A stretch of DNA of 62,847 bases, the filler included. It is 12 parts of 12 records of this genome, joined end to end, with 100 filler letters (N's around TTAATTAATTAA, not from the genome) between each part and the next. Parts side by side here need not be neighbours in the genome. Positions count along the whole stretch, not along the records: positions 21,728 to 28,959 come from SRR7504441_27853; positions 29,060 to 32,374 come from SRR7504441_27854; positions 32,475 to 36,267 come from SRR7504441_27856; 9 more parts are not named here. The stretch is one strand, 5' to 3'. Made by a program: the position numbers and the translations under genes. The notes beneath the pieces were generated by a model. That model was not told where the DNA came from. It saw nothing but the letters and a program-made list of their open reading frames with translations, and did not search any database. This document shows, one piece after another, positions 21,729-34,179 of this stretch. Numbering within the stretch: the stretch's first letter is position 1; each line of letters opens with the position of its first letter.

Positions 21729-24609
21729 ATGGGAGCACCTCCGCCGCAGCAGATGGGTGGAGCTGGCGGAGGGCAGGCACCACCTCAGATGATGCAGCCA
21801 GGAAATACGACTTTCCAGCCACCACCAATGATGCAGACGCCTGGTGCTCAACAGAAGGTGTACGGGCCACCAGGTGGAGCGCAAGCTGCAGCGCCTCCTG
21901 CGCCGGCTCAAGTCGCCATGTTTGACCCGAGAGCCCAGGCTGCCCAGGCAGCTGTGCAACAAGCTGAAGTCCAGCAGAGAGGCGTTGCCGACATCTTTGG
22001 CGGAGGGGCGCCTGTCCAGCCTACTTCTGGTGCCCCAGCAGCCATGTTCCCACAGCCTCAGGGGGGGCACCAACCACAGACCTCCCAACAATCCTTCCAG
22101 GCACTGATCGACAAATTCGACTCGCTTAGTATTGCAGGCTTTAATCCAGCATCAATCAATCCCGACGAGCTGCCTAGACCTCGGGTCCCAGCTCCAACCA
22201 CCAACCTCGCTCAAATCGAGCCTCAAACGCGGCTTGAGCCCTCAAATTCGCACCCGCGGTTTGTGAGGCTCACCACCAACATGCTGCCCTCACAGGGATC
22301 TCTCAAGAATCTTTGGAAGCTTCCCCTGGGTGCAATCATTCAGCCCATGGCAGAAGTCTCAACCGGTGAGGAACCTATCCCAGTGGTCAATTTCGGGCGA
22401 GTAGGCGTGGTTCGATGCCGACACTGCCGCACCTACATCAACCCTTTTGTATCCTTCACTGATGGCGGACGGCGCTGGAAATGCAACGTGTGTGGTGTTC
22501 AGAACGATGTGTCCTCGGATTACTTCTCCGCTCTGGATGAGAACGGCCTACGGAAGGATCTGACCGAGAGGCCTGAGCTCACTCGTGGCAACATCGAGTT
22601 TGTTGCCCCACAGGAGTACATGGTTCGCCCGCCACAGCCTCCGGTGTATGTCTTTGTCATTGATGTCTCTATCAATGCGGTTTCGACTGGCATGCTCCAA
22701 AAGGCAGTTGAAGCTATCCTGGTTTCGTTGGATCGGCTCCCAGGAGGAGCAAGGACCCGCGTTGGGTTCATTACATTCGATAACACTGTGCACTTTTATA
22801 ACATCAAGGCCGCCCTCAACCAACCCCAGGTGATGGTTGTCTCCGACGTGGAAGATGTTTTCTTGCCTCTTCCAGATGACATGCTCGTGACACTACACGA
22901 GTCTAAAGCTGTAGTGACACAGTTGCTCCAAGACCTACCCGAGATGTACAAGCAGACGCAGATTGTTGAGTCGTGCATGGGATCAGCTCTGGAGGCGGCG
23001 TACCAACTCATGCAGCACATCGGTGGCAAGATGCTCATCTTCCAAAGCACACTTCCAACATATGGGCTGGGCAAGCTCAAACCCAGGGAGAATCCTCAAG
23101 TTATTGGGACGGAAGGCGAGAGCAAGCTGCTCACCTGTCAGGACGAGTGGTACCGAAAGATTGGCGCGTTATGCTCAAGGCACCAAATCTGCGTGGATAT
23201 GTTTCTCACACCTGCACAGTACGTCGATGTGGCCACTCTCGGCTTTTTGCCAAAAATCACTGGAGGCTCTCTTCACTACTATCCCAACTTCCAGCAAGGT
23301 AAGGATGGTGTCAAGTTCTGCCACGAACTGCTTCGTGTTCTCTCGCGTGAGACCGGTTTTGAAGCAGTTATGAGAATCCGCATGTCCAAGGGTTTCAAAA
23401 TTGCAGCGTACTATGGGAATTTCCTGAACAGGAGCTCAGACCTGCTTGCTTTGCCCAACTGTGATTCAGACAAGGCTTTTGGTATCCAGGTGACGATGGA
23501 CGAAACAGTCAATCCTGGTCCTGAGGCGTTCATGCAGACTGCGCTGCTGTACACCACATCTGGAGGGGAGCGCCGGATTAGGGTGCACACAGTCCGAATC
23601 CCTACCACTAATCAGATAGCCGAGTTGTTCAGTTCAGTGGACGAGGATGCGATGGTGTGTCTGATGACCAAAATTGCTGCTGATCGGGTGCCCTAGTCAT
23701 ACCGAGCTGTAAAATAACCATTGCTCATTTGCAGGTGGTCCAGAACAGCTCCCGGGGCCTTAAGGAGGCGCGCGACCTCTTTGAGCAACGTACTGTTGAG
23801 ACCTATCGCATGTGAGCAAGCTGTGAGGCTTGCGACTCATCTCTCTGCTTGTGTAGGTATCGCTCGCTGTTCCCGCAGCAGGAGAAGTCTCCTGATAAGC
23901 TGCTTTATCCCAAGACTCTCAGCAACCTTGCCGTGGAGTCCATGGCACTGATGAAATCCGCAGCGTTCAGGCCTGGCACCACAACTCCACTGGATGCAAA
24001 GACCAACTTGCTCATCCAATTAGGCTCCATGCCTGTGAAGCGCTCAGCATCTTTCGTGTACCCGCGGCTGTATGCGCTGCACACACTTGGCTCTGGGGCG
24101 GGAGACATGGACGAAGCCTCCGGAATGGTGGTGATGCCAGCGCCACTGCGGCTCTCAGGAGATCAAGTTACTCCGGAGGGGCTCTTTTTGATCGAGGACG
24201 GTACACAGATCTTGATGCTCGTGGGCAAGCTCTGCCCTCCTGCTCTGCTACAGGTGCCCGTTAGTACTGAGGAGCCTTGTAACGCAGCACTAACGACCTC
24301 TTCTGCTGCTAACCAATGTGTGTCCTCCAGGCTGTCTTTGGTCTGGGCTCACTCGAGGGCATGGACAGCAGTGGCCTGATGTTGCCAATGCTGCAAGATT
24401 CTCCTATGTCCCACAAAGTGAACAACATCGTGCAGTCCATTCGGGGTCACGACAATATGTACGCTAATGTTTCCATCGCTAGGGAAGGCGATAAGAGCAG
24501 CAGCGACTTCTTGGCTTTGCTGATCGAGGATCGCGCTCAGGCCGCTTCCTTGTCGTATGCTGACTACCTCTGTCACATCCATAGGAACAGTCAAGCTGCT
24601 GGTCATTGA
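21729..24609 (+). CDS. SEC24: COPII coat subunit Sec24 (A/B-like), probably 5'-partial, 3 introns
   Basis: P/Q-rich N-terminus, zinc finger RCRHCRTYINPF..WKCNVC, RPEL, EYMVRPPQPP.YVFVIDVS, ETGFEAVMRIR, QTALLYT..GERRIRVHT, C-terminal LIEDR...SY.DYL. Confidence 0.95.
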
Positions 24610-24762
24610 TCAGAACTTAGCTTAGCAATTGGTCTCTTACCTTGTCGATTCAATGTCCTGAATGTCCTAAATGTACATTGTGATGTGTACAAGCGTGCTT
24701 GCTAACTCATAAAATCAATAACCAAACCTTATCAAGGGCCCTAATTTAATATGGCCATAGAA

Positions 24763-25659
24763 TCAGCTCTTCATTTGCTGTAGATTATACAGCATTGCGC
24801 CACCGATGGCGATCGAAATGCCTAGAACTTGTTGACTCGTCGGAATGGTTTGAGATATCAAGTTTGCGCATACGATGACAAATAAGTTACATAGGCCTTG
24901 GTTGATCCCATGATACACAGTGGAGACCTTCGTTAAGAAGAGGAAGCAACCAAAGTCCATCCACCAAAGGCATGCCCCTGCTCCGAGGATAACAACCAGG
25001 TCGTGCAGTGCAACATCCGGAAGAATCTGCAGAATTGCCTTCCCTTCGAGCACAATGCACACAGGCATTGTGAACACCAATGCCCAGATCATAGTATTGC
25101 GGTACAGAACATTGCGCTCAGCTGGCTGCAGCATCGAGTTGCCGAGCAGCCTTTTGGTTAGGACAGTCTTCAGAGACACACAGAACGCAGAGCTGAATGC
25201 AGCCGCCACGCAGGGCAAGGGGAACGGCGCCTCGGCTGCCGCGGCCAGCATGATCCCAGCCACGACCATGACAACCGACACCTTCTTGGGTCCCGTCAAC
25301 GCGGCGCCGCTGAGCACCGCCAACAGCGCGGTGATGGCCACGTTGACCGACTTGATGGTGGTGGTCAGCGCCACTGATCCCGAGGAGAGCGCCAGCCGGT
25401 GGAAGATTAGCTGAGCCGCGGTGCACGCGCAGCACGGCACGAGGGCCCGCAGCTCGTGCAGCCGGCTGGTGGCCGCCCGGGGTCTGGCGGGTTGGAGGGC
25501 GCTCACCAGCTGGGTGAGCACGATCTCCATCCCGATGCTCAGCGTGCAGACCGTGAACGGGAGCGGCACCCGGGCCAGCGCGTACTTGGTCGACATATTG
25601 TTGGCCACAGCCCCGCAGAACCACAGGAGGGCCAAACCCAGCACCCCTGCCTCGGCCAT
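24763..25659 (-). CDS. Triose-phosphate/nucleotide-sugar transporter family (DMT fold), intronless
   Basis: About 10 hydrophobic segments; NNMSTK...PLPFTV, SVALTTTIKS, LKTVLTK motifs. Confidence 0.85.
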   Translation of the reverse strand: MAEAGVLGLALLWFCGAVANNMSTKYALARVPLPFTVCTLSIGMEIVLTQLVSALQPARPRAATSRLHELRALVPCCACTAAQLIFHRLALSSGSVALTTTIKSVNVAITALLAVLSGAALTGPKKVSVVMVVAGIMLAAAAEAPFPLPCVAAAFSSAFCVSLKTVLTKRLLGNSMLQPAERNVLYRNTMIWALVFTMPVCIVLEGKAILQILPDVALHDLVVILGAGACLWWMDFGCFLFLTKVSTVYHGINQGLCNLFVIVCANLISQTIPTSQQVLGISIAIGGAMLYNLQQMKS

Positions 25660-25965
25660 GCCGGCTACCGGCCCGTGCTCGGCTGCTTCCGGCTGCTCCT
25701 TGGAACCGAACGAACTGAACTCGAGGAGTCATCAGGCTTCCTTTTTTGCATGCAGTGTGCCACTCTTCGGACAGTGTGGCCCACGAGGCAGCGGGCAGCG
25801 GAGAGGTGCCTGAACGCAGCCCCCCCCCCCCCCTGCACCCTGCAAAAGCAGCCCCTAGCCTCTCACACTGCTGGCTGCCGTCGCCGCAGCGCTGACGGGC
25901 GGGGTTGCAGGCGGTGATGGCGGTGTGCTGACGGGGAGGTCGGCGTCGGTGGCTGAGTCCGCGCG

Positions 25966-26502
25966 ATGGCGGACTCGAGCAGCCCAGTCCCTGTCGGGGA
26001 GCCCGTAGCGGGTGTGCTGCCACGGCCGGCTGCCCTGAATGGGCGGTCAGATGCGACGGTCGCTCCCTCTGACGTGGCACGGGCCACCGTCACCGTCTCA
26101 ATACTGCGAGCAAGTCATCGCTTTTCATACAGCTCACGAGGTGAGAGTGGACTCAGCCGGGATGGCTGGGTGGGTCGGATGGAGCTGTTCGACACCTTGC
26201 CTCCGTCAGAATGGGAACAGCCGGAGTCGACCGCTCAAAATCCGAATGCTCCCGAATTATCGGGAAAGGCGGCGACTGAGATGGAAAACAACGAAAACAA
26301 TCAGTTGGCCGAGACCTTGCAAAGCAGCAGGTCGTGGCTTGCGAGCAACGGTCAGAATCTGCAAGGATCTACGCGCAAGCCTAACTCTAGTCGTAGACGG
26401 CAATCCAAACGAACCAAACGGGCAAAAAACACAATTAGGAGACTAGAAAGCGCATTAGATGGCATGGAGGATTTGCTACAATCGATACAAAAATCAAAAT
26501 AA
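25966..26502 (+). CDS. Hypothetical protein (start and exon structure uncertain)
   Basis: Open frame ending in a basic/coiled-coil segment before an AT-rich 3' region. Confidence 0.3.
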   Translation: MADSSSPVPVGEPVAGVLPRPAALNGRSDATVAPSDVARATVTVSILRASHRFSYSSRGESGLSRDGWVGRMELFDTLPPSEWEQPESTAQNPNAPELSGKAATEMENNENNQLAETLQSSRSWLASNGQNLQGSTRKPNSSRRRQSKRTKRAKNTIRRLESALDGMEDLLQSIQKSK

Positions 26503-26669
26503 GCAAAGAAATCATAGAATGATAAAATTCTATGGACGATCTAGTAAGAGATGCATGCGTTTATTATTTGATTAATTAATAGTTAACAAGTTGATAGGGT
26601 ACTTGATCAAGTTGAGACGAGTACGGTACATGTAATTGTTAGGTACATGTAACATTACAATAATATTCC

Positions 26670-27627
26670 TCATGCCACATTGTTGGCCAAGTGTGCTCGG
26701 ATGCGATTTATCTTTGCGTCAAGGTCCCTGTGACTGACATGTTTCCTTCTCGCGCGATAGCATTCGGTCGGTGGCGGGTCCGCTCGTATCTCATCATGCT
26801 GGGCTGCGCTAGGCTGGGACTCTTCAGGCTGGCTTTCCTCTACGTTGGCGCCTTCCTGTGGTGCGGGATCGCCTGAAACCCCGGACTAAGCAGAGTTCGG
26901 GCTCACGGTTGCGACCAGGCGGCAATTCCTTGAAGCAGGCGCGGCAAACCCGTTCGGGAGCAGTGTACGCCAGGCGAGGGAGCGGTCGCATCCAGCATGC
27001 TGGAGCGCACTTCTCGCAGACCACCTTGCCACAATTTCGGCAATGATCCTGCGACGCGCCCGGCAGTTTGAGTATCGTGCAAACTGCGCTGGCGCCCACC
27101 TTGGGCGTGAAGAAGCCGAACTCGGTCACACGGCAGCGGCTGCAGGTCAGGGCGGTGTCTGCTCTCTGCCACTCCGGCCGGCGAGCTGACCCGCCAGGAT
27201 GGCCAGGTGGTTGCCACTAGATGGCGCACCTATCTTGAGTGCTTGGAGCCACCTCTCTTTGTCACGCAGGCACGGCGCTGCGACGGTCCACCGCTGGCGC
27301 TGCACGTCCTCCACCACAAACCTGTGCCGCGTGGGCGCGCCTGGTCGGCGGTCAGCGAGACCCCCCGGGCGAGCCACCGGACTGGCTCTCCTCGTAGAGC
27401 TCAACATCCGCAGTGATGCGCACGACTTGCCCGATGGGCTGCGCGCCCGCCGCTGGCGCCTGTTCCTGGAACTCGAGCCGGGATCCTCTCAGCGTGAAGG
27501 CGCAGAGCACCCAATAGTCGCTCAACCAGTGCGCTACCTTGAGGTGCAGCTCGCCAACCACCGGCGGCGGCGAGAAGAGCGACGGGGGCGGGGTGTCATC
27601 ACCGCAGGCTTCGCAAATGTTCCCCAT
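26670..27627 (-). CDS. PH plus FYVE domain protein with N-terminal MGNICEAC acylation-like motif, 4 introns
   Basis: PH strands and EKERWLQAL-type helix; spliced FYVE W..AD...CSRC..EFGFFTPKDHCRNCGKVVCEKC...RVCRAC; ends TGA 26670-26672. Confidence 0.8.
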
Positions 27628-27698
27628 GCTAGCTGCTACAGCGTGTTCGGCGTGCGCTCGGGACCACACTGCAAACTGAATCAAACTGAACAATTTCA

Positions 27699-28630
27699 AT
27701 GGAAGAAGGGAAGGCCGCCGAGCTTTCCCCAGCGTCCAAGGCCAAGGAACTAGCCGAGCGGCTGATCGCAGACGAGATGGAGCGGCGGCGACTTGCCCGG
27801 CCTGAGGTGCGCACCCCCTGCTGGGCTGTGCTCCAAGCACTTTGCGCAGGTGCAGGCGGTGCAGCAGCAAGAGGAGCTCCGGGCTGAAATGGCTGCCAAG
27901 GAGGCCGCCGACAAGGCCGCAGCCCAGATAGGTCCGCTGGTGGCGGTGGCGCCTGCTGAGCGGCCGCCAGGTGAAAAGCTGCTGGAGATGCAGCGGCACA
28001 CACTCAGCAGCGTCGGGGCAGCAGACAGCCAAGGTGCTCGGGGGCCCCCGGCTCGGCCGCAGCTTGGGCCTCAGGGCTGACCGCCCGCGAGAGGATTGGG
28101 CGGCTACGCAGCGAGTTCAGCCGGCTGCAGCCCCGGGCAGCCCAGGCGACCGTTCTTGCGCCGACTGGACCGCCAGCCTACTGTGCAGGTAGATGCAATG
28201 TACAACAGAATGTCCCGGCAGCCAACCGGCTTCAGGCTACCAGGGACAGAACAGCAGCTAGATCCCAAGCAGAGGAGGGCGGATAAGATCCAGGAGCTGA
28301 CCGAGCGCGTCTACTCGGCAAATACAGCCAAGCAGGACTCCGAGGCGCGGCTGCAGCAGCTGCAGGCATCGTTGGATGGGAATGGTCTCACTTTGTGCAC
28401 AGGAGCAGACTCTAGGAAGCATCGGAGCGGGAAGTGCGTCCGGCGCAGAATCGAGGTCGGCACGGTGCTGCTCGCCCTAATTATTGATGGCGATTGATCC
28501 ATTGATCGACACGCGGATCTAACGTGGATCAACATTCATTTGTGCATTTGCAGGGTTATCCGATCGCTACCATTTGATCAGCTCCAGCAAGTTTTTAAAT
28601 GAGGCGACGTCACTACTAAGGGTGCTTTAA
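27699..28630 (+). CDS. Hypothetical coiled-coil protein, multi-exon; 3' end approximate
   Basis: Charged helical exons (MEEGKAAELS..., QEELRAEMAAKE, KIQELTERVY) separated by short intron-like sequences. Confidence 0.4.
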
Positions 28631-28959
28631 TCCAAAAAAATAAACTGATTTCCGGATGTGTTTAATTTGAGTACAGTACTCGTATTAATTTGTAGGCGTG
28701 TCTCCAGCTCTTGCCCAGCACACCCAACCTAGCCAGCGCAAGACCCGTCATATCTGTGCTATTCGATCTCAGCCCTTCCTCCATTTCTCGTATCCAATTC
28801 TCACCCGCCTCCCCTCTCGCCACCCGCATAACTGAGCCATCCGCCTTCATTTGCCATAGTACCATTACTCTCTCATACCTCTCATCGCTGTATCCCTCCC
28901 AGCATGATCATCCCATACAGCAGTTTCTTCCACACCGGGTTGACGGAGTTCTCGAGTTT

Positions 28960-29059
28960 NNNNNNNNNNNNNNNNNNNNNNNNNNNNNNNNNNNNNNNNN
29001 NNNTTAATTAATTAANNNNNNNNNNNNNNNNNNNNNNNNNNNNNNNNNNNNNNNNNNNN
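28960..29059. other. Artificial contig spacer
   Basis: N44-TTAATTAATTAA-N44. Confidence 0.97.
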
Positions 29060-29998
29060 TCGTGAGCTGGCCCGGTGGCAGGACGAGGCGGAGTAGCGGA
29101 GTAGCTATAGCGCGCCGTGGGCCTGCTCAGGCAGACCCAATCCCCAGGACGCAGGAAGCCTTGAAAGAATATGTTGACTTGTGTCGAGGAGAACCGACTT
29201 TGCTTGCACACTCATTGTGCATGAATGGTGTCCATGCTGTAACCACCCATGACATCAAATTCCTCCCATTGATGGTGAGCACGAGAGAACGACAAAATGG
29301 CCAAGCTCACGGGATTGAGCATTGACTTTGTGCGGAAGACATTGACAAGCTTCAGGATGACAATGCTGAAAATGGGTTTGTTGCCCTATTTTGATTGCAC
29401 CTGATTACTGATCGGTTACCGAATGCTATTGATTCATCCGGCATGTAATCAGTTGCGTGCACTTGCAGGAGATTCGAGTCGACGTCGCGATCGCGACAAC
29501 AACAACAACAACCGGCTCGCAGTGTTGAGAGTGTTGGGGATGGGCCGGTAGCGCATGTGGCACCACCGGCCGGACGACGCGCCCAAGATGTGGCCGCCCA
29601 GCCCGACCGCGCTCTCGCGCAGGTGATTTGGATGACCACGCCGGCCTGCAGCTACCGCCAGCATCGCCCGTCACGACGTATCCGACCCGACCAGCCCTCG
29701 GTGCTGATTGTTCAGCTGGAATATCTGGTCACGTTGTGTGGCAGGTGCAGCTGCTAATTGTAAGAGACCGATCACAGCTACAACTAGTGTTCTTGCTGAG
29801 GTCGAGGAATACTTGCAAGCGACCAACAGCACCCAGAACTCTGCCGAGTATCTGGCCATGGATCAGCTGCTGATGGAGGCGACCAAACTCGCAAATATGG
29901 ATCTAGATACTCGTGCAGCTGTGACACCAACGCACAAGAGTAGTCCGCACTTTGGTGGTAATGGTGGTGTGAGTACTAGTAAACCCTACAAGTACTGA
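29060..29998 (+). CDS. Hypothetical protein, 5'-partial, exon structure unresolved
   Basis: Plus-strand coding-like segments; last exon VLAEVEEYLQ...MDQLLMEATKL ends at TGA 29996-29998. Confidence 0.35.
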
Positions 29999-30187
29999 TT
30001 GAAGCACTCACTATAAATTGCGCAAGCGCCGATATTACAATGTCATGCAGATATTAGTACCGGTACATGTCTAAACGAACAAATGTAATGTATAAGTTTA
30101 CATTCAACCATTGTGACTAGATTGCAATTGGTTGAGTGTAGCAGCAGCAGACTCACGTGCACCATGGGCCACGCAGGAAACCGCGGT

Positions 30188-32012
30188 CTAGTACCTGTCG
30201 GGGACGAGCTCTTGCTGGAAGTTGAGCGGGTGGGTATCCATGGTCGCGTCCTCGTCCTCCTTCCAGATCTTGATTGTCTTGTCCGCCTCGCCCGTGATCA
30301 ACCGGCTCCCAGTCTAACCCCGCCAGCTCAGCCTCGGCCAACGCCAGGCTCGACCTTGTCGAATTCGGCAGCAAATATTCCCGCCTCAGATTCGAGCGAG
30401 CCCGACTGGACTTGCGTAGTCATTTCCTGGAAGCAGTGGCCTGTGCGGTAATCCCACATCGACATCGTCCCGTTGTCGGCCCCCGCCATCATCACGCCTG
30501 CCCGGGCACCTCAGCCCCTGACGCGGCTGCGGCTGCGACTCACCGTCCTCGTTGACACACATTGCGTTGATAATGGCCTTGTGCCCACTAAAGTTCCTCA
30601 CGAATTTGCCATCGGGGAAAGCCCATTTTTTGATATTGTCGGCGGCGCCGGAGGCAAACGAGAAGTCGCGCGGATGCAGGGCCAATGCCCTGACCGACTT
30701 CTTGTGGTTGGTGAGCACTGTCCGCACTTTGCCCGCGACCTGCCAATCGATCATGCAACCGAGCGGCCCGGCTCGAGTCACAATGTCCCACAGCCGCACT
30801 GTCGAGTCCATACTACCCGAGATGATCTGCGGGTCGTTAGCCTGGGTCTCGATCGAGGCGACGGTGTTATCGTGCCCAGTGAGGCAGTGGATCTGCCCTC
30901 GCTCAGACGGCACAGCACGAGCACCGCACCTCGCGCTCCGTCCGGACGTCCCACACACGCACCGCGCAGTCGCGCCCGCCGGTGCACAGGATGTCCAGCT
31001 CTGGGTGCAGAGAGCACGCGAACACGCCACTCAGGTGCCCGTGGTAGTGCCGAATCACTTTGTTATACTCTAGATCCCAGCACTTGACAGTTTTGTCCTC
31101 AGACACCGAGAACATGTATGGGCGCGTGGCGCTGACCGCCAGCCCGCGGATCGAGCTGATATGCCCGGTCAGGGTCAGCTTGAGTGTGCCAGACGCCAGG
31201 TCGAAACACTGCGACAGAGCGTGAGCCACCACAGCCCAAAGCTTTACCTTGATAGTGCAGTCCGATGCGCCCGTGACGAACCATTCGTTGCTCGGGTCCA
31301 CCGCCAAGGCCCGCACCCAGCCCTGGTGCGAACTGATCACCTGCCCGGCGATCACCCTGCGCACTGTCGCCGGCTGCACCCGCATCAACTTCCAAGGAGC
31401 GTGCCACTCCGGTTCAATCTTCTTAGATTCCTTGAGCGCCAGCGCATTGACCCCCGACTTCCCCATCGGGATAACCTGCAGCTTGGCCGCCGGCTCGGCG
31501 TGTGCCTCCCTGCCGCCCCCGCTCAGCCGCCCGCCGCCGGGCCTCCCACTCGGACTCCGGGTCCGCGAAAGCCTTTGCCACCCGGGCCCGCGCCTCCTGT
31601 TTGGCCTCGTCGACAGCGTTCTCCTCAAGCACTGAGGCCGCCCCCGGCGCTGCCGCCGCTGCTCAGCCGCTTGGACCAGCCAACCCGACCCACCGGCCAG
31701 AGCGAGCTGCGGGGCCCCGCCCTCGAGCATCATCGCCGGCTCTTCCCCGGGCTTGGCCGGGGTCTCGAGGGAGGCTGGCGCGTGTATCACCGCGCCGTAG
31801 TCCGTCAGCCGCTTAACCTCGGTCTTTAGCGCTTTGCTGCCCAGCCAGTGAGCGGCCGGCTGGGCCCGCTGGTGCCTGCGCTCGTCCTCCGGGAGCTTGA
31901 GCGCGTGGTTGCCCGCGAACATGCTGCGGGTGCGCTTGAGCATCGTCACATACGCCTCCCGCAGCCCCTCGTCCACCCCCGCGTCCGCCCCCTCCGTTGC
32001 CACTGCCGGCAT
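30188..32012 (-). CDS. PLRG1: Pleiotropic regulator 1 (PLRG1/PRL1/Prp46), spliceosomal NTC WD40 protein, about 9 introns
   Basis: [94 protein letters not shown]. Confidence 0.95.
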
Positions 32013-32102
32013 CTCTTCTCCCCCGGGCAGCACCCTTGTCGCCCGCACCGCAGCCAAGATGTCCGTTGAAAATTTGTGAGCTTGCGCGTCAAGGTCAACA
32101 CG

Positions 32103-32374
32103 ATGCGTCGGCTCGTGTGCCGAGCGGCGAGGGCGGCGGCGGTCTTCGCGCAGTGGCTGGTGGTGTGTGCCGCGATGGGCTACATCCTCTGGGTCCTGTT
32201 CGGCGTGGTGGCCTGGGTCCAGCACCTGGGGGCAGACGCCAGAGCTCTCGGGTGGCCGCACCTCGCCCTCTGGCTCCCCGCGGCCGGAGGGCTGGACTCG
32301 GCCCCGGCAGCCAGCGGCGTGGCGCCGTTCCTGTGCGCCAACGTGCCGCTCGCCCTCGTGTTCATCGCCCAGCA
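32103..32374 (+). CDS. Membrane protein, 3'-partial
   Basis: ATG at 32103; hydrophobic ORF runs into the gap. Confidence 0.4.
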
Positions 32375-32474
32375 NNNNNNNNNNNNNNNNNNNNNNNNNN
32401 NNNNNNNNNNNNNNNNNNTTAATTAATTAANNNNNNNNNNNNNNNNNNNNNNNNNNNNNNNNNNNNNNNNNNNN
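32375..32474. other. Artificial contig spacer
   Basis: N44-TTAATTAATTAA-N44. Confidence 0.97.
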
Positions 32475-32495
32475 GGGGGGGGGGGGGGGGGGGCA

Positions 32496-33538
32496 GTTTG
32501 CAGAAAACCAGGCGCTGCGCGGGCAGGTAGAGAGCGAGCGGCGGGAGGCGGGGACCATGACGGAGCTGGGCGACATCGAGGAGGACGAGGAGCCCGGCCA
32601 GCAGCTGGGTAGCTCGGGCGGCGGCGTGCGGTTCAGGCGGGGCAGCGCGCGCGCTGCATGTGGCGCTGGAGGAGGGCGACATCGAGTCGATTAGGGAGCA
32701 CTCGGCCGGGCGCGACAGCCTCTTGCTCGAGGCGCCCGTGCGGCCCGGGCTGGTCCGTGACCTGGGACAGAGTGAGAGGCGATGCGAGGGCCTCGAGCGC
32801 GAGGTGGCTGGGTTGTCCCGACGGAACGCCCAGCTGGCGCTACAGTGGCAAGAGCGGCAGAGCGAGCTGCTCGACGCCCGGACTAGCTGCGAGGCGATGA
32901 AGCTGCAGATGTGCGACGCGCAGGCAACAAAGCAGAAGCAGCTTGAGGATTTGTCTGGCAAACTGGAAGCCGTCCACAAGTGCGGCGGGGGCCGGGCCGG
33001 GCGATCCAACGGACAGGATCAAGCATGAGCAGCAGCGGCAGATAGACGCGCTGCAGTATGCGCTTGACGCCGCCTCAAGCAATGAGACTCGGTGCTAGCC
33101 ACTCATATGGCTGGCTGAATGGGAGATAGGCTTCATGAGATTTGGAGCCAAGCAATCAAAGAGGCTGAGGCGGCCACCATGCGGGCCGGGGCGGCCGAGG
33201 CCAAGGCAGCGGCCGGCGGGTGAGGCGGGCGAGGGGAGGGGGCAGGTGGGTGAGTTGGAGGATTCAATGGTGATGATGCGGGCGGCTATGACGGTCTGGT
33301 GTATAGGGCGGGGCGGGGCGGACGGGGGGCAGATGAAAGAGGGCCAGCTGGAGGAGCTAACTAACACCAAGCAGGAGCTTAGTAACGCCTTGGCGTTAGA
33401 GGCGAGCCTGCCGATGCTGGCGCCGGTGAGCCATTGAGGAACTTGTAGGTGTCTAAGCGAGTGGCAATGGTGCAATCGATTGAGAAGCGAAAAGCAGATC
33501 TCGAGGCCAGCTCGTGGAATCTGTGGTCGTCGCCCTGA
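32496..33538 (+). CDS. Coiled-coil protein, 5'-partial, multi-exon
   Basis: Heptad-rich exons (LEREVAGLSRRNAQL, QLEELTNTKQELSNAL) separated by GC-rich GT-AG introns. Confidence 0.45.
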
Positions 33539-33657
33539 CCATCGACTATGTCCGGATTCACTAAACTACTATATAGTAAGTACTATGGTACTGATTATGG
33601 TACTCCGTACGAGTGCGTACGACCGTATCTAAGCTGCAGCCCCAAGCCGCGCCTGAA

Positions 33658-34102
33658 TCACTTTGGGTTGTCAAACGCCTCGCCCAGCTTGGCGTCCTCC
33701 GTCCACTGGTCCTCGCCGGCCGGGACCGTATGGTCGAACAGCCTGTCCGCCGGGAACTGCTGCTGCGGGTGCCCCGCCGGGTAGGGCCCGTGTAGCTCCA
33801 GCTGGTGCTCCTCGTGCCGCATGTACTGCCCGTCCGCGTGCTGGTGCCAGCCGGCCAACGGATGCTCAGACGGATACGGCCCGTGCACCGACACGTCGTG
33901 ATCGCCGTGGGCCATCCGGCCGCCTGACGGCATCTGGTGACTACCCTCCGGCGGCCAGTTCGATTGCTTGAAGTGGGTGCCGCGCGGCCACTGCGACTGC
34001 CCGCTCGCCGCCCCTGGCCCGCCCGCTCGCCCCATCCCCCGCCCGCCGTGACTCACCCAGCAGCCCAAGCACGAGCCACCAGCTCAACCAGCTTGGCGCC
34101 AT
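33658..34102 (-). CDS. Small secreted His/Pro/Gln-rich protein, 1 intron
   Basis: Signal-like MAPSWLSWWLVLGLLG, GTGAGT intron, then a low-complexity body with two HGPYPxxHP repeats. Confidence 0.55.
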
Positions 34103-34179
34103 CACCTGTTGGAAACTGTCGTTGAGATCCACCAGCTGCAGCGGAGCGGAGGCGGCGGCCCCGAAGCGCGGGGGGGCGG

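Noticed and set aside
28662-28959. Minus-strand frame with CCMG-TGA-SC, as a possible selenoprotein or retroelement tail
   Set aside because: It is a short fragment at a contig end with no recognisable family, so neither call can be supported.
30386-32261. Long ORF-track proteins with odd insertions (PLRG1, NIPA, ATP9 regions), as novel domains or programmed frameshifts
   Set aside because: Short introns explain them; many are stop-free multiples of three (39 or 42 nt).
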